64,000 nt of DNA from an uncultured Aliarcobacter sp. (GCA_963677435.1 OY781945.1:1728001-1792000), one strand, 5' to 3'. Counted from the first letter of the stretch, positions 19,884 through 32,260 are shown. Program-made: numbers and translations. Notes: generated from the letters alone by a model not told the origin.

Positions 19884-21324
19884 TGGAGTTATTGAAGTTA
19901 ATTATTTAACAATAATTATTGCATCAATTGCAATTTTATCAGGTTTATTGATCATATTACAATTTTCAAGACAAAAATATGAAAATCAATTGAAAAATTT
20001 ACAAGATGAAGCTTTATTAAAACTAAAAGCATTAAATGAAAAAATAGAGTTAAATCATAGTTCTTATGAAGGACAAATCAATACTCTTAATACTTCAAAT
20101 AGAAAATTAGAAGAAGAGAAAAAGTTAATAAAAGAGAGTTTAGAAGATAAATTAAAAGTTATCGAAAAACACTCTCATCAAATGATTGATAATGTTACAG
20201 CTACTTATGAACTAAAATTATCAAATTTATCAAAACTCTCTGAGAATAAAGAGAAACAATTAATACGAGAATTTGAAATTAGAGAGTCAAATTTTAATGA
20301 AAAAATCACTCTTTTAGAAGAATCAAAACAACAAATGAAAATAGAGTTTGAAAATCTTGCAAATAAGCTTTTTGATGAAAATCAAAAAAAATCAAATGTA
20401 AACCTAACACAAGTTTTAACTTCATTTAAAGACCAACTTGATTTATTTGGAAAAAGAGTAAATGAGATTTACAATGAAGAGACAATTCAAAGAACAACAT
20501 TATTAACTGAAATTAAAAATTTAAAAGATTTAAATAATCAAATATCTACAGATGCTATAAATTTAACAAAAGCACTTAAAGGTCAAAATAAAACTCAAGG
20601 TGATTGGGGAGAAATGATTTTATCTTCTATCTTAGAGCAAACGGGCTTGAGAGAAGGCAAAGAGTATACAGTTCAAGGTTCATTTAATGATGAAGATGGA
20701 AGACGACTAAAACCTGATGTGATTGTGCATTTACCATCTAAAAAAGATATTATTATTGATTCAAAAGTATCTTTAAATGCTTATTTAGCTTATTGTAAAA
20801 CTGAAGATAAAGCACATAAAGAAAATGCTTGTAAAGATTTGATTAAATCTATAAATGGTCATATTAAAGGATTAAGTTCTAAAAAATATGAAGCTTTAGA
20901 GGGTGTTAGCACTTTAGATTTTGTTTTACTATTTATTCCAATTGAGGGAGCTTTTATATTAGCAACTTCAAATGATGATAGTTTATTCAAAATGGCTTTT
21001 GAACACAATATTATGTTAGTTTCTCCTTCAACTTTATATGTAACTTTACGAACTATTGAAAATATTTGGAGAAATGAACATCAAAATGAAAATGCTCAAT
21101 TAATCTCTAAAAAAGCAGCTGATTTATATGATAAATTTGCAGGTTTTGTAGCAGATATTGAAGATATTGGTCTAAATCTAAATAGAACTCAAAAATCATA
21201 TGATAGTGCAATGAATAAATTAAGCACTGGAAATGCAAATTTAATCAAAAGAGCTGAAGAGTTTATCGATCTTGGTGTTAAACCAAAAAAATCAATTACA
21301 ACAAAAACTTTGATTGAGGAATAA
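19873..21324 (+). CDS. rmuC: DNA recombination protein RmuC
   Basis: GDWGEMIL, PDVIVHLP, IDSKVSL and VSPSTL motifs; coiled coil. Confidence 0.93.
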   Translation: MLNSGVIEVNYLTIIIASIAILSGLLIILQFSRQKYENQLKNLQDEALLKLKALNEKIELNHSSYEGQINTLNTSNRKLEEEKKLIKESLEDKLKVIEKHSHQMIDNVTATYELKLSNLSKLSENKEKQLIREFEIRESNFNEKITLLEESKQQMKIEFENLANKLFDENQKKSNVNLTQVLTSFKDQLDLFGKRVNEIYNEETIQRTTLLTEIKNLKDLNNQISTDAINLTKALKGQNKTQGDWGEMILSSILEQTGLREGKEYTVQGSFNDEDGRRLKPDVIVHLPSKKDIIIDSKVSLNAYLAYCKTEDKAHKENACKDLIKSINGHIKGLSSKKYEALEGVSTLDFVLLFIPIEGAFILATSNDDSLFKMAFEHNIMLVSPSTLYVTLRTIENIWRNEHQNENAQLISKKAADLYDKFAGFVADIEDIGLNLNRTQKSYDSAMNKLSTGNANLIKRAEEFIDLGVKPKKSITTKTLIEE

Positions 21325-22362
21325 ATGGAAAAGTTTGAACTCTTAGTAAATAACTTTTTACTACTTTTAGATGCAATGTCAATTTATTTATTGGTTGGAT
21401 TGTTATTGGCTGGGATTTTAAAACAATTAGTTCCTGATGATTTTATTTCAAAACATTTAGGAAAAAGCTCTATTGGTTCAGTTATAAAAGCTACACTTTT
21501 TGGAATACCACTTCCTGTTTGCTCATGTTCAGTTATTCCACTAGCTCAAAGTTTGAGAAAAGAGGGTGCAAGTAAAGGTGCTGTTCAGAGTTTTTTAATT
21601 TCAACTCCAATTACTGGTGTTGATTCTATTTTAGCAACATTTTCATTTTTTGGATTAATTTTTACTATTTTTAGAGTTGTTTCATCTGTAATAATTGCCA
21701 TTATTGTGGGTTTAATTCAAAATTTTGTAGAAAAAGACGATAATAAGATAGAAGAAATTAAAGAAGAATCATCTTGCTCTTGTCATTGTTCTTGCAGTTC
21801 AGAAAAAGTAGAGAAAAAATCTTTTTCAATAAAAGAAGTTTTAACATATGCTTATATAACTTTAGCAAAAGATATGGTAAAACCTCTATTTATGGGACTT
21901 ATTTTAGGTTCTGTTTTTACTACTTTTGTTCCCAAAGAGTATAGTTCTTTACTATTTGAAAATCAGCTTTTAACATATATTGTAATTATTTTGTTTTCTA
22001 TGCCTTTATATGTTTGTGCGACAGCTTCATTACCTCTTGCTGCTGCTTTAATGTTAAGTGGAATGAGTGGTGGAGCTGCATTTATTTTCCTTACAGCAGG
22101 ACCTGCAACAAGTGCTGTTACTATGAGTGTGGTGTATAAACTTCTAGGAAGAACTTCTTTAGTTATATATATTACAACTATTGCCTTATTATCACTATTA
22201 TTTGGATTTTTATTTGATATGTATTTCTCAAATTTAAATATTTTGAATTTTAATACAGTTAATGAAGAGAGTTCAGTTTTAACTCAAATTGCGACATTAA
22301 TTTTACTTCTTTTAACTACTTATCATTTAATTAAATCAAAACAAGCAGTAAATATAAAATAA
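21325..22362 (+). CDS. DUF318/SO_0444-type metal permease
   Basis: PLPVCSCSVIP, central CSCHCSC and PLYVCATAS motifs. Confidence 0.85.
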   Translation: MEKFELLVNNFLLLLDAMSIYLLVGLLLAGILKQLVPDDFISKHLGKSSIGSVIKATLFGIPLPVCSCSVIPLAQSLRKEGASKGAVQSFLISTPITGVDSILATFSFFGLIFTIFRVVSSVIIAIIVGLIQNFVEKDDNKIEEIKEESSCSCHCSCSSEKVEKKSFSIKEVLTYAYITLAKDMVKPLFMGLILGSVFTTFVPKEYSSLLFENQLLTYIVIILFSMPLYVCATASLPLAAALMLSGMSGGAAFIFLTAGPATSAVTMSVVYKLLGRTSLVIYITTIALLSLLFGFLFDMYFSNLNILNFNTVNEESSVLTQIATLILLLLTTYHLIKSKQAVNIK

Positions 22363-22386
22363 AAGAGAACTCTTTTATTTTATATT
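22351..22386. terminator. Bidirectional terminator-like perfect inverted repeat
   Basis: AATATAAAATAAAAGAG-AA-CTCTTTTATTTTATATT (17-bp arms) spanning both convergent stop codons. Confidence 0.65.
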
Positions 22387-23595
22387 GTTTAATAGTAAAA
22401 TATCTACTAAATCTCCAGCCTTTAGACTTTGATCATCATCTTTTTGTATTAAAAGAGCAGGACTTTCTAACATATTTGTTAAAATTGCACTTGTACCTTC
22501 TCTTTTACCCTCAAAATTTATATGATATTTTCCCTCTTTATATTCTACATTACAAGCTGTAAAAATTGTTTTATCCATTTTCTTTGGAAAGTCTTGATTT
22601 ATAACTGCTTTTACAATTGGAAGAGACTCATTTGAATTTCTAAATTTAAAAATTAATGGTAACACATATAAAATTGCACATACAGTTGAAGAGTAAGCAA
22701 ATCCAGGAAGAGCAATAATAATTTTTCCATCTTTTATTGCTGCTAATAAGTGCATACCTGGTTTTATATTAACCCCATGAAATAAAACATCAGCTTTTAA
22801 TTTATCTTTTATTACATCTTGAACAAAATCATAATCCCCAACAGAAACTCCACCTGTTGTTATAATAACATCAGCTTTTAACAAAGCAGTTTCAAGTAGA
22901 TTTGTAATAGAATCTATATCATCTTTTACTATTCCCATTTGAATAATATTTGCACCATTACTTTTAAATAAAGATTCTAATGTTAGATGATTTGAGCTTC
23001 TAATTTGAGAATCATTTGTTTGAATTTCACCTAAATCTAAAATCTCACTTCCAGTGCTTGCAATTGCAATTGTAGGATTACAAACTATTTCAACTTGTGA
23101 GATATTTAATGAGGCTAAAACTCCAATTTCTGCAAAGCCAATAACTGTTCCTTTTTTGATTAGAACTTCGTTTTTTTTGTAATTTTCACCAATATTCCTA
23201 ACGGCAAATCCAAAAGGAACAGTTTTGATTATTTTTATTGTATCTTGAAAAATTTCTACGTTTTCAATAGGAACTAAAGTATCACTTCCTTTTGGCATTA
23301 AAGAACCAGTAAAAGTTTTGATGCAAGTGTTAGATGTAACTTCTGCTTCAATAATACTTCCAGCAGGATTTTTTGCAATAATTTTAATGTGTTTATTTTC
23401 TATATCTTCAAATTTAATTGCATAACCATCCATTGCTGATGTTGGAAATTCTGGGCTATTATGATTCGCAATTATATCTTTTGATATAACTTTCCCAATT
23501 GCATTTGTTATAAAAAGTTTTTCAGTTGTTATTTTTGAAATATTTATATTATTTAATATAATAATAGATTCATCATAACTTATGAAATTTCGCAT
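22375..23595 (-). CDS. moeA: Molybdopterin molybdenumtransferase
   Basis: SAMDGYA, STGSE, TTGGVSVGDYD and KPG motifs. Confidence 0.93.
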   Translation of the reverse strand: MRNFISYDESIIILNNINISKITTEKLFITNAIGKVISKDIIANHNSPEFPTSAMDGYAIKFEDIENKHIKIIAKNPAGSIIEAEVTSNTCIKTFTGSLMPKGSDTLVPIENVEIFQDTIKIIKTVPFGFAVRNIGENYKKNEVLIKKGTVIGFAEIGVLASLNISQVEIVCNPTIAIASTGSEILDLGEIQTNDSQIRSSNHLTLESLFKSNGANIIQMGIVKDDIDSITNLLETALLKADVIITTGGVSVGDYDFVQDVIKDKLKADVLFHGVNIKPGMHLLAAIKDGKIIIALPGFAYSSTVCAILYVLPLIFKFRNSNESLPIVKAVINQDFPKKMDKTIFTACNVEYKEGKYHINFEGKREGTSAILTNMLESPALLIQKDDDQSLKAGDLVDILLLNNIK

Positions 23596-23648
23596 AAGTA
23601 TCCTTTGTATATTTTATTGTTAAAAATTTAGGTGTTTTTTAGGATAGA

Positions 23649-23855
23649 TTAAAAGAAACTTCTTCTTATTCTATTATTTTTTTGAACTATAATTTGTTCA
23701 AAAAGCATTGCTCCAAAACCAGCTTGAATATTCTCATTCTCTTTTTCAACCGACATAATAATATTTCTAATTTGATCTTCAGTCATATTCATAGCTAATG
23801 GCAAAATTGTATCAGTGATTTTTTGTCTAAGTTCTTTTTCTTCTTCTATTGTCAT
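23649..23855 (-). CDS. Small hypothetical protein
   Basis: 68 aa ORF. Confidence 0.65.
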   Translation of the reverse strand: MTIEEEKELRQKITDTILPLAMNMTEDQIRNIIMSVEKENENIQAGFGAMLFEQIIVQKNNRIRRSFF

Positions 23856-23992
23856 TTCAAATCTTTTTTTAATATTTATGAAATTATATAGTATTTATCT
23901 AAAAATAGAGTAAAAACAATATTATGTATAATTGTTAACCAATATATTAAAAAAGCTTAGATATTATTGTGAAATAATTTTAAAGGATTTTT

Positions 23993-24409
23993 ATGGAAAT
24001 AAAAATTGCTTCAGAAGAAGAAATAAAGTATTGTTACACATTAATGCATCAAATCAGGGAGGATTTATCTGAAAAAGATTTTTTGCTAATGATTGCTGAA
24101 CAGATAAAAAATGGCTATCAAGTTGTTTATGTTACAGAAAATAACCAAATAATTTGTGTTGTAGGTTTTAATATTTTACATAAATTATCTTGGGGAAAAT
24201 ATCTTTATATTGAAGATTTTGTCACAGATAAAAGTACTCAATATTTTGGTGCAGCAAAAGCACTTTTTGATTTTATAAAAATTTATGCTAAACAGCAAAA
24301 TTGTAAATCTATACATCTTGACTCTTCTGTTACAAGACAAGAAGCTCATAAGTTTTATTTGAGTCAAAATATGCAAATTGATTCTCATCATTTTAGTATA
24401 AAAATATAA
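23993..24409 (+). CDS. GNAT family N-acetyltransferase
   Basis: LYIEDFVT, IHLDS and R.EAHKFY motifs. Confidence 0.85.
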   Translation: MEIKIASEEEIKYCYTLMHQIREDLSEKDFLLMIAEQIKNGYQVVYVTENNQIICVVGFNILHKLSWGKYLYIEDFVTDKSTQYFGAAKALFDFIKIYAKQQNCKSIHLDSSVTRQEAHKFYLSQNMQIDSHHFSIKI

Positions 24410-24480
24410 ATACAAAAAATATCAAAAAGCTTTTGAGAACTTTTTTGATATAATCAGAAAAAAATTATAGGAATAATATA

Positions 24481-25269
24481 TTGGTTGAATTAAGTAAAAA
24501 AATTTCTACAATAGTTGGTAAAACTAATGCAGAATATGGATTAATAAAAGAAGGTGATAGAATCTTAGTGGGTTTTTCAGGTGGAAAAGACTCTTTAACA
24601 TTAATTCATGCCCTAAATAGAATAAAAAAAGTAGCCCCATACAATTTTGAATTTAAAGCAGTAACAGTAACTTATGGAATGGGGGAACAAGTAGAATTTT
24701 TAAGTAATCACTGCAAAGAACATGGAATTGACCATGAAATTATTGATACTCAAATTTTTGAACTTGCAGGGGAAAAGATTAGAAAGAATTCATCTTTTTG
24801 TTCATTTTTCTCAAGAATGAGAAGAGGATATTTATACTCAACTGCACAAGAACAAGGATTTAATAAAGTAGCTCTCGGACATCATTTAGATGATGCAATG
24901 GAATCATTTTTTATGAACTTCTTTTACAATGGAACTATGCGTTCTATGCCTCCAAAATACAAAGCAGAAAATGGTTTAGAAGTGATAAGACCACTTATTT
25001 TTTGTAGAGAGAGACAATTAAGAGCATTTGCAACTACAAATGAAATAAATGTTATTGGTGATGAAGCTTGTCCAGGTTTGAGATTTGATGTAAAAATGCC
25101 CCATGCAAGAGCAACTACAAAAGAGTTACTTGCAAAATTAGAAGCTGAAAATCCTCAAATATTTGTATCTATGAAAGCAGCTTTTAGTAATATTCAATTA
25201 TCAACTTTCTTTTATAAAAATGATATAGAAAATGGTGAAAACTTAATAGAGGAAGAAGATATTATATGA
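24481..25269 (+). CDS. ttcA: tRNA 2-thiocytidine biosynthesis TtcA-family protein
   Basis: PP-loop SGGKDS, CSFFSRMRRG, GHHLDD and IRPL motifs. Confidence 0.85.
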   Translation: MVELSKKISTIVGKTNAEYGLIKEGDRILVGFSGGKDSLTLIHALNRIKKVAPYNFEFKAVTVTYGMGEQVEFLSNHCKEHGIDHEIIDTQIFELAGEKIRKNSSFCSFFSRMRRGYLYSTAQEQGFNKVALGHHLDDAMESFFMNFFYNGTMRSMPPKYKAENGLEVIRPLIFCRERQLRAFATTNEINVIGDEACPGLRFDVKMPHARATTKELLAKLEAENPQIFVSMKAAFSNIQLSTFFYKNDIENGENLIEEEDII

Positions 25270-25760
25270 AAATATTAATATCTTCTTGTTTATTAGGAGA
25301 AGATGTTAGGTACGATGGAGCTAATTCATCTATCGCATTTAATCCAAAATTCCCATTTTCTTCAAAAGAATTATTCATGGATATTCTTTGTGGAAATGAA
25401 ATTTATTCTTTTTGTCCAGAAGTTGCAGGTGGCTTAGGAATTCCTAGAAATCCAGCTGAAATTATTAATAGTGATAAGCCTTTTATTGTAAAAGATGAAA
25501 AGGGAACAGATGTTACAATCAACTTTTTATTAGGTGCAAAAAAAGCTCTTGATATTTGTAAAGAAGAGAATATTAAAGTTGCGTTATTAAAATCAAACTC
25601 TCCATCTTGTGGAAATATAAAAATATATGATGGAACTTTTTCTAATAATTTAGTAGATGGTCAAGGTTTAACAGCAAGACTTTTAAAAGATAATGATATA
25701 GAAGTTTTTAATGAGGGGCAATTAAAAGAGTTATCAAAATTTATAAAAACCAATAAATAG
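25266..25760 (+). CDS. DUF523 / TudS-like thiouracil desulfurase
   Basis: ISSCLLG..VRYDG, CPEVAGGLG.PR and KS.SPSCG motifs. Confidence 0.88.
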   Translation: MKILISSCLLGEDVRYDGANSSIAFNPKFPFSSKELFMDILCGNEIYSFCPEVAGGLGIPRNPAEIINSDKPFIVKDEKGTDVTINFLLGAKKALDICKEENIKVALLKSNSPSCGNIKIYDGTFSNNLVDGQGLTARLLKDNDIEVFNEGQLKELSKFIKTNK

Positions 25761-25782
25761 TTTTTATAAATTTCTTTTATAT

Positions 25783-26022
25783 TTAGGCTTTTATATTTAA
25801 AAGCATATCCGAAACAGCATTTTGTGTTTGTATATTTTGTGCATTTGCTTGATATGAAACAACCTCTGGAATTTGTCCAATGATTGAATTTATTAAATCA
25901 GCACTTACTTCTTGAAATTCAGGATCACCAATTGCATCTGCAACTTGTGCAATATTTGATGCCATTTGATTTAATTGAAGTTCAGATGAATTCATTGAAT
26001 TTAAATTATTACTAATTGTCAT
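25783..26022 (-). CDS. Small flagellar basal-body rod C-terminal-domain-like protein
   Basis: ASNIA near the N-terminus; YQANAQNIQTQ...MLLNIKA at the C-terminus. Confidence 0.65.
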   Translation of the reverse strand: MTISNNLNSMNSSELQLNQMASNIAQVADAIGDPEFQEVSADLINSIIGQIPEVVSYQANAQNIQTQNAVSDMLLNIKA

Positions 26023-26032
26023 TATTTACTCC

Positions 26033-26305
26033 TTAGATTAAATTTTGCAAAAAAAGCTTGTTTAAATTACCATTTCTTGTTAATTCTTCTTTTGCATTGT
26101 CTAAATTTGGATTTGAAGAAGTCATATTTTCTATTTTTTTTGATTCTTCATCTCTTTGTTCATTTTTATTATTTGAGCTCTCAACCATATCATTTTTTTC
26201 AAATGTAGATTTATTATTTTTATCAATTGAAGTCTGTTGAGATTTTTCATTTGATAATTGTTGATAAATTGTACTTGAACTTTGGTTGTAAGCATTTAAT
26301 TGCAT
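26033..26305 (-). CDS. Hypothetical low-complexity protein
   Basis: 90 aa from ATG 26305 after AGGA; rich in S, N, Q, K, E. Confidence 0.65.
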   Translation of the reverse strand: MQLNAYNQSSSTIYQQLSNEKSQQTSIDKNNKSTFEKNDMVESSNNKNEQRDEESKKIENMTSSNPNLDNAKEELTRNGNLNKLFLQNLI

Positions 26306-26407
26306 ATTTTTCCTAATGTTTTTATACTTAAATTGTAACAAAAAATTGTAGAAAAGTAAATTAAGTATTTTACTAGATTTAAATATATTTTTTGATAGTA
26401 TAATAAC

Positions 26408-27517
26408 ATGATAAGTAATTTTTTAAAATCAACTACAGTTAAATTAATAATTTTAGTATGTACCGTTCTAACAACATTAATTTTTTCTTCTATCTTATTC
26501 AATACACAAATAGATAATTTGAAAAAACAGGTTGATAACATATATTTCGGAAATCTAATACCTATTGTCAAACTTCAAATTATTTCAGATAATTATAAAG
26601 AAATAATATCGTGTAGAACACTAAAATATATATGTGATATAAAAAAAGAACAATCAATAATTGAAGAAGAATGGAAGTATTATAATGAGTCCTACAAAAA
26701 TAATGAAGAACGAATTGTAACAGATACAATTAATAGCGAAATTGTAAATGCTTTTAAAGAAAATAAACTTCACTTTTTTAAAGAAGTATTAAATAAAATT
26801 AATTTTTTAATTCAATATGAAACACAAGTAGCTTTTAAAGAGAGAAAAAAATTTGTAGAAGATTATGATAATATGAAAAAATATCTATTTTATAGTATTG
26901 TAATAGTTCTTCTTATCTCATTTATTGTTATTGTATATATTATTTATCAAGTAATTAAAAAAGATAAACAATTAACAGTCTTAAATAAAAAATATAAAAT
27001 CGATTCCATAACTGATTCTATGACAAAACTATATAATAGAAAGTATTTTGATACCATTTTTGATAATATGCCATTTATTGCAAATGCAAATAATTGGAAA
27101 TGTGCATTTATTATGTTTGATATTGATTATTTTAAACAATATAATGATACTTATGGACATGACCAAGGAGATGTTACATTAAAAAAAGTTGCTTCTACTT
27201 TAAAAGAATATTTTGATAAGAAATATGAATTTGTTTTTAGATTAGGTGGAGAAGAGTTTGGAGTAGTTTTATTTGATATTGATGAAAATAGCTTAGAAAA
27301 TTGCCTAAAAGACATAAATTATAAGATTTTAGAACTAGAAATTGAGCATAAAAATAGTAAAATACTCAACATCGTTTCTATTTCAATGGGAGCTATTATA
27401 TATGAGCCACATACTTATATATCGGCTAACAAACTTTATAAACAAGCAGATGAGAGCTTATATAAAGCAAAAGAAAATGGACGAAATCAATATCATATAT
27501 ACAAAGGGAAAGAATGA
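26408..27517 (+). CDS. Membrane-bound diguanylate cyclase
   Basis: Two TM segments; DIDYFKQYNDTYGH and RLGGEEF intact. Confidence 0.92.
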   Translation: MISNFLKSTTVKLIILVCTVLTTLIFSSILFNTQIDNLKKQVDNIYFGNLIPIVKLQIISDNYKEIISCRTLKYICDIKKEQSIIEEEWKYYNESYKNNEERIVTDTINSEIVNAFKENKLHFFKEVLNKINFLIQYETQVAFKERKKFVEDYDNMKKYLFYSIVIVLLISFIVIVYIIYQVIKKDKQLTVLNKKYKIDSITDSMTKLYNRKYFDTIFDNMPFIANANNWKCAFIMFDIDYFKQYNDTYGHDQGDVTLKKVASTLKEYFDKKYEFVFRLGGEEFGVVLFDIDENSLENCLKDINYKILELEIEHKNSKILNIVSISMGAIIYEPHTYISANKLYKQADESLYKAKENGRNQYHIYKGKE

Positions 27518-28071
27518 CTTTTTTGTTTAATAAAAACAATCATTTCAATTTAGCTAATATCGTAACTTTTTTTAATATTGCATCTGGTATTTTTGCAATT
27601 TATTTTTTAACTCACCATGAGTTTTTCGCTGCAGCACTTTTTGCTTGGCTTGCAGGTGGATTTGATATAGTTGATGGGAAAATTGCTAGAAAATATAATT
27701 TATCAACACAATTTGGAATTCAACTTGATTCTTTTGCAGATTTTTTATCATTTGTTATAGTTCCAACAATGTTTATATTTTTTGCAGTTATTGATACTAA
27801 AGAGCCATTTATGAATATGCCTTTAGTTATATTTGCTTTTGTTTATTATGTAATTTCAGGGCTTAGAAGATTAATTCAATTTAATATAAATGCAGATGAG
27901 GGAAAAGTTGAAAAATTCTTTACAGGTATTCCAACTCCTTTAGGAGCAATTTTACTGTGGCTTGTGTATTTGATTTTTTTAACAGGTTTTATTTCAGAGA
28001 CTTTTGTTTTATTTATGATGATAATAATTGGATATTTATTAAACTCAAAAATTAAAATCCCTCATTTATAA
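27514..28071 (+). CDS. CDP-alcohol phosphatidyltransferase (PssA-like)
   Basis: D..DG..AR...G..LD..AD and FTGIPTP motifs. Confidence 0.85.
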   Translation: MTFLFNKNNHFNLANIVTFFNIASGIFAIYFLTHHEFFAAALFAWLAGGFDIVDGKIARKYNLSTQFGIQLDSFADFLSFVIVPTMFIFFAVIDTKEPFMNMPLVIFAFVYYVISGLRRLIQFNINADEGKVEKFFTGIPTPLGAILLWLVYLIFLTGFISETFVLFMMIIIGYLLNSKIKIPHL

Positions 28072-28079
28072 GTTTTTTA

Positions 28080-29000
28080 ATGAATCAAGAAATAGTAACT
28101 ATTGATTTAGGATCAAACTCTTTTCGTGTTTTAAAATATGATTGTGTAAACCATACAATTATTTCAGAATACAATGAAGTAGTAGGAATGGCAGATGGTT
28201 TAGTGGATACAGGATTGATTTCACCAGAAGCTCTTAAAAGAGTAATTGAAGCAATTTCTCATTCTGTAAAAGTTATAAATTATAATCCAGAAGATGCAAT
28301 TTGTGTGACAACTGCTGCCATGAGAAAAGCTTTAAATAACAAAGAAGTCTTGGAATATTTTAAACAAAAAGCTGGAACTACATTTTCTATAATTGATGGA
28401 AAAGAAGAGGCTAGATTAACTTTATTAGCTGTTAAATATGCTTTAAAAAGAGAAAAAATCAATTCTGAAAAATTTATTTTATTAGACATTGGTGGTGGTT
28501 CTACTGAAATAATTATAAATACAAATGATACTTATGAATCTCATAGTTTTGATTTTGGAATAGTTACAATGACTCAAAAATCTTTAAATTATAATGATTT
28601 ACATAATGATTTAGAACTTAGAAAAAAAGAGATAAAAATCTTTTTGGATAGTTTAAATATTGATTTAGAAGAGTATAGTTTTGTTGCAACTGCTGGAACA
28701 CCAACAACAATAGCTGCTATAAAATTAGGACAAGATTTCTTCTCATATGATAGAAATATTGTAAATGGAACAATTGTAAATCTTGAAGACATTTGTAATA
28801 GTTTAGATATTTTTAAAAACTCATCAAAAGAAGACATTACTAAACTAGTAGGCCGAGGACGAGTTGAATTTATTGAAGTGGGGATTTTTATTTATAAAAT
28901 GATTTTTGAAGTTTTAAATAAAAAAGAATCAATAGTTTTAGATGATGGACTAAGAGAAGGTGTTGCTATAAATTATTGTCAAACAAAGTGTAAAAATTAA
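28080..29000 (+). CDS. Ppx/GppA exopolyphosphatase (short form)
   Basis: IDLGSNSFR, TAAMRKA, EEARL, DIGGGSTE and GLREG motifs. Confidence 0.92.
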   Translation: MNQEIVTIDLGSNSFRVLKYDCVNHTIISEYNEVVGMADGLVDTGLISPEALKRVIEAISHSVKVINYNPEDAICVTTAAMRKALNNKEVLEYFKQKAGTTFSIIDGKEEARLTLLAVKYALKREKINSEKFILLDIGGGSTEIIINTNDTYESHSFDFGIVTMTQKSLNYNDLHNDLELRKKEIKIFLDSLNIDLEEYSFVATAGTPTTIAAIKLGQDFFSYDRNIVNGTIVNLEDICNSLDIFKNSSKEDITKLVGRGRVEFIEVGIFIYKMIFEVLNKKESIVLDDGLREGVAINYCQTKCKN

Positions 29001-29791
29001 GATAAAAGTCTTACACTTTGTTCTTGAACAATATTAGCTTGAGAAACTGCTAAATAACCCATATTTGAGCTAACATTTGTTTTTGTAAAATCACTTGAGT
29101 CTTGACCAAAATTTCTATTTTTATTCATTTTATTTTCACTATACAAATTAAGTTGTTCCTGAATAGTATCTTTTGCACTATTTTTAAGATTATCTCCAAA
29201 TTCACTAAAATCATTATATGAATTTTGTAATTGTTCTGATGAATTTTGAACTTTTGATGAAAGACCTTGTAATGCTTCTGGATTATTTAAGTCACTATTA
29301 TTTGAAAGTTCAAAAATATCATTTGCATATGTTGGTGTATTTGGTTTCTCAATTGAAAAATTAGAATTTTTAGTATTTATGTCAATAGTTGTTTTTTCAT
29401 CATAATAATCAATCGCTAGAAGATTTTCTGATTTAAATTTTGTAGCATAAGCTATTTGATTAAAACTTTTTAAATCTTCATTTATACTTTGTTTTAAATC
29501 ATTTTTATTTTCATATGAATCGCTATTTTCAAGTTTTGTTTGAATATTTGTAAGATAAGTTTGTTGTTTTGAAATAGAATCTTGAGCAATTTTACTAATT
29601 GCAATTCCTTCATTTAAAGATTGAACATTTAAAGATAACTCATCTCTTTTTTTATTATAATCACTTATATAAAGATTGGTACCATCTTCATTTTTATTAT
29701 TTACAGCTTTGTTTGAGCCAGTTCTTTCAAGCCCTAAAGAAGACGAAGTATTAAGCGTAGATATATTACTATTTATACTATTTACATCCAT
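28997..29791 (-). CDS. Divergent short flagellin-like protein
   Basis: QSLNEGIAISKIA, IAYATKFKSENLL, DFTKTNV...SQANIVQEQSVRLLS. Confidence 0.7.
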   Translation of the reverse strand: MDVNSINSNISTLNTSSSLGLERTGSNKAVNNKNEDGTNLYISDYNKKRDELSLNVQSLNEGIAISKIAQDSISKQQTYLTNIQTKLENSDSYENKNDLKQSINEDLKSFNQIAYATKFKSENLLAIDYYDEKTTIDINTKNSNFSIEKPNTPTYANDIFELSNNSDLNNPEALQGLSSKVQNSSEQLQNSYNDFSEFGDNLKNSAKDTIQEQLNLYSENKMNKNRNFGQDSSDFTKTNVSSNMGYLAVSQANIVQEQSVRLLS

Positions 29792-29866
29792 ATTTCACCC
29801 CTTTTTTTTATTGCTTGTATTATACTTAAATTTTTATTAAATTTACTCTTAAATAAAATTATTTTT

Positions 29867-31819
<1,953 letters not shown>

Positions 31820-31915
31820 TCATTAGTAAAGTTTTTAGTTGCAATTATACTTAATAGATTTAGTATAAAAGATAAATAGGTTATAATCAAAGCTTAATAT
31901 TAAAAATAAAGAGTA

Positions 31916-32260
31916 GTGATGAGTTATTTAGATATATGTATTATTGGTTGGAATTTAAATTCTTTTATGTTTGTTGTAAATTTTTTTATTGCAATTAGAA
32001 CAATTTCCTCACAAGATAGGATGAAATTACAAGAAGAGAGTGTAGTTTTAAAAGAGTTAAAAGATGAGCTTGAAAAGTATTATCCTTACAGAACTTATTC
32101 AACTTTATTTAGTTATTTAGTTCCTTTTACTGCATTTTTTAGAATGGGTTATCGACTTATAGAGATGTTTTTTTTCTTTCAAAAGAATCAAGAAGCTAAG
32201 ATGTTTGATTATATGGTATATAAATATTCATGTGATATTCAAAGAGCGAGAGAAAAATAG
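31916..32260 (+). CDS. Hypothetical membrane protein
   Basis: 114 aa with hydrophobic segments. Confidence 0.7.
   Translation: MMSYLDICIIGWNLNSFMFVVNFFIAIRTISSQDRMKLQEESVVLKELKDELEKYYPYRTYSTLFSYLVPFTAFFRMGYRLIEMFFFFQKNQEAKMFDYMVYKYSCDIQRAREK

Noticed and set aside
18089..21324. PLD nuclease plus RmuC as an anti-phage defence system
   Set aside because: The PLD protein has a signal peptide, neighbours are housekeeping genes, and no helicase or methylase partner is present.
26408..29000. Diguanylate cyclase-pssA-ppx as a dedicated signalling module
   Set aside because: Tight packing of unrelated genes occurs throughout this window; adjacency is the only evidence.
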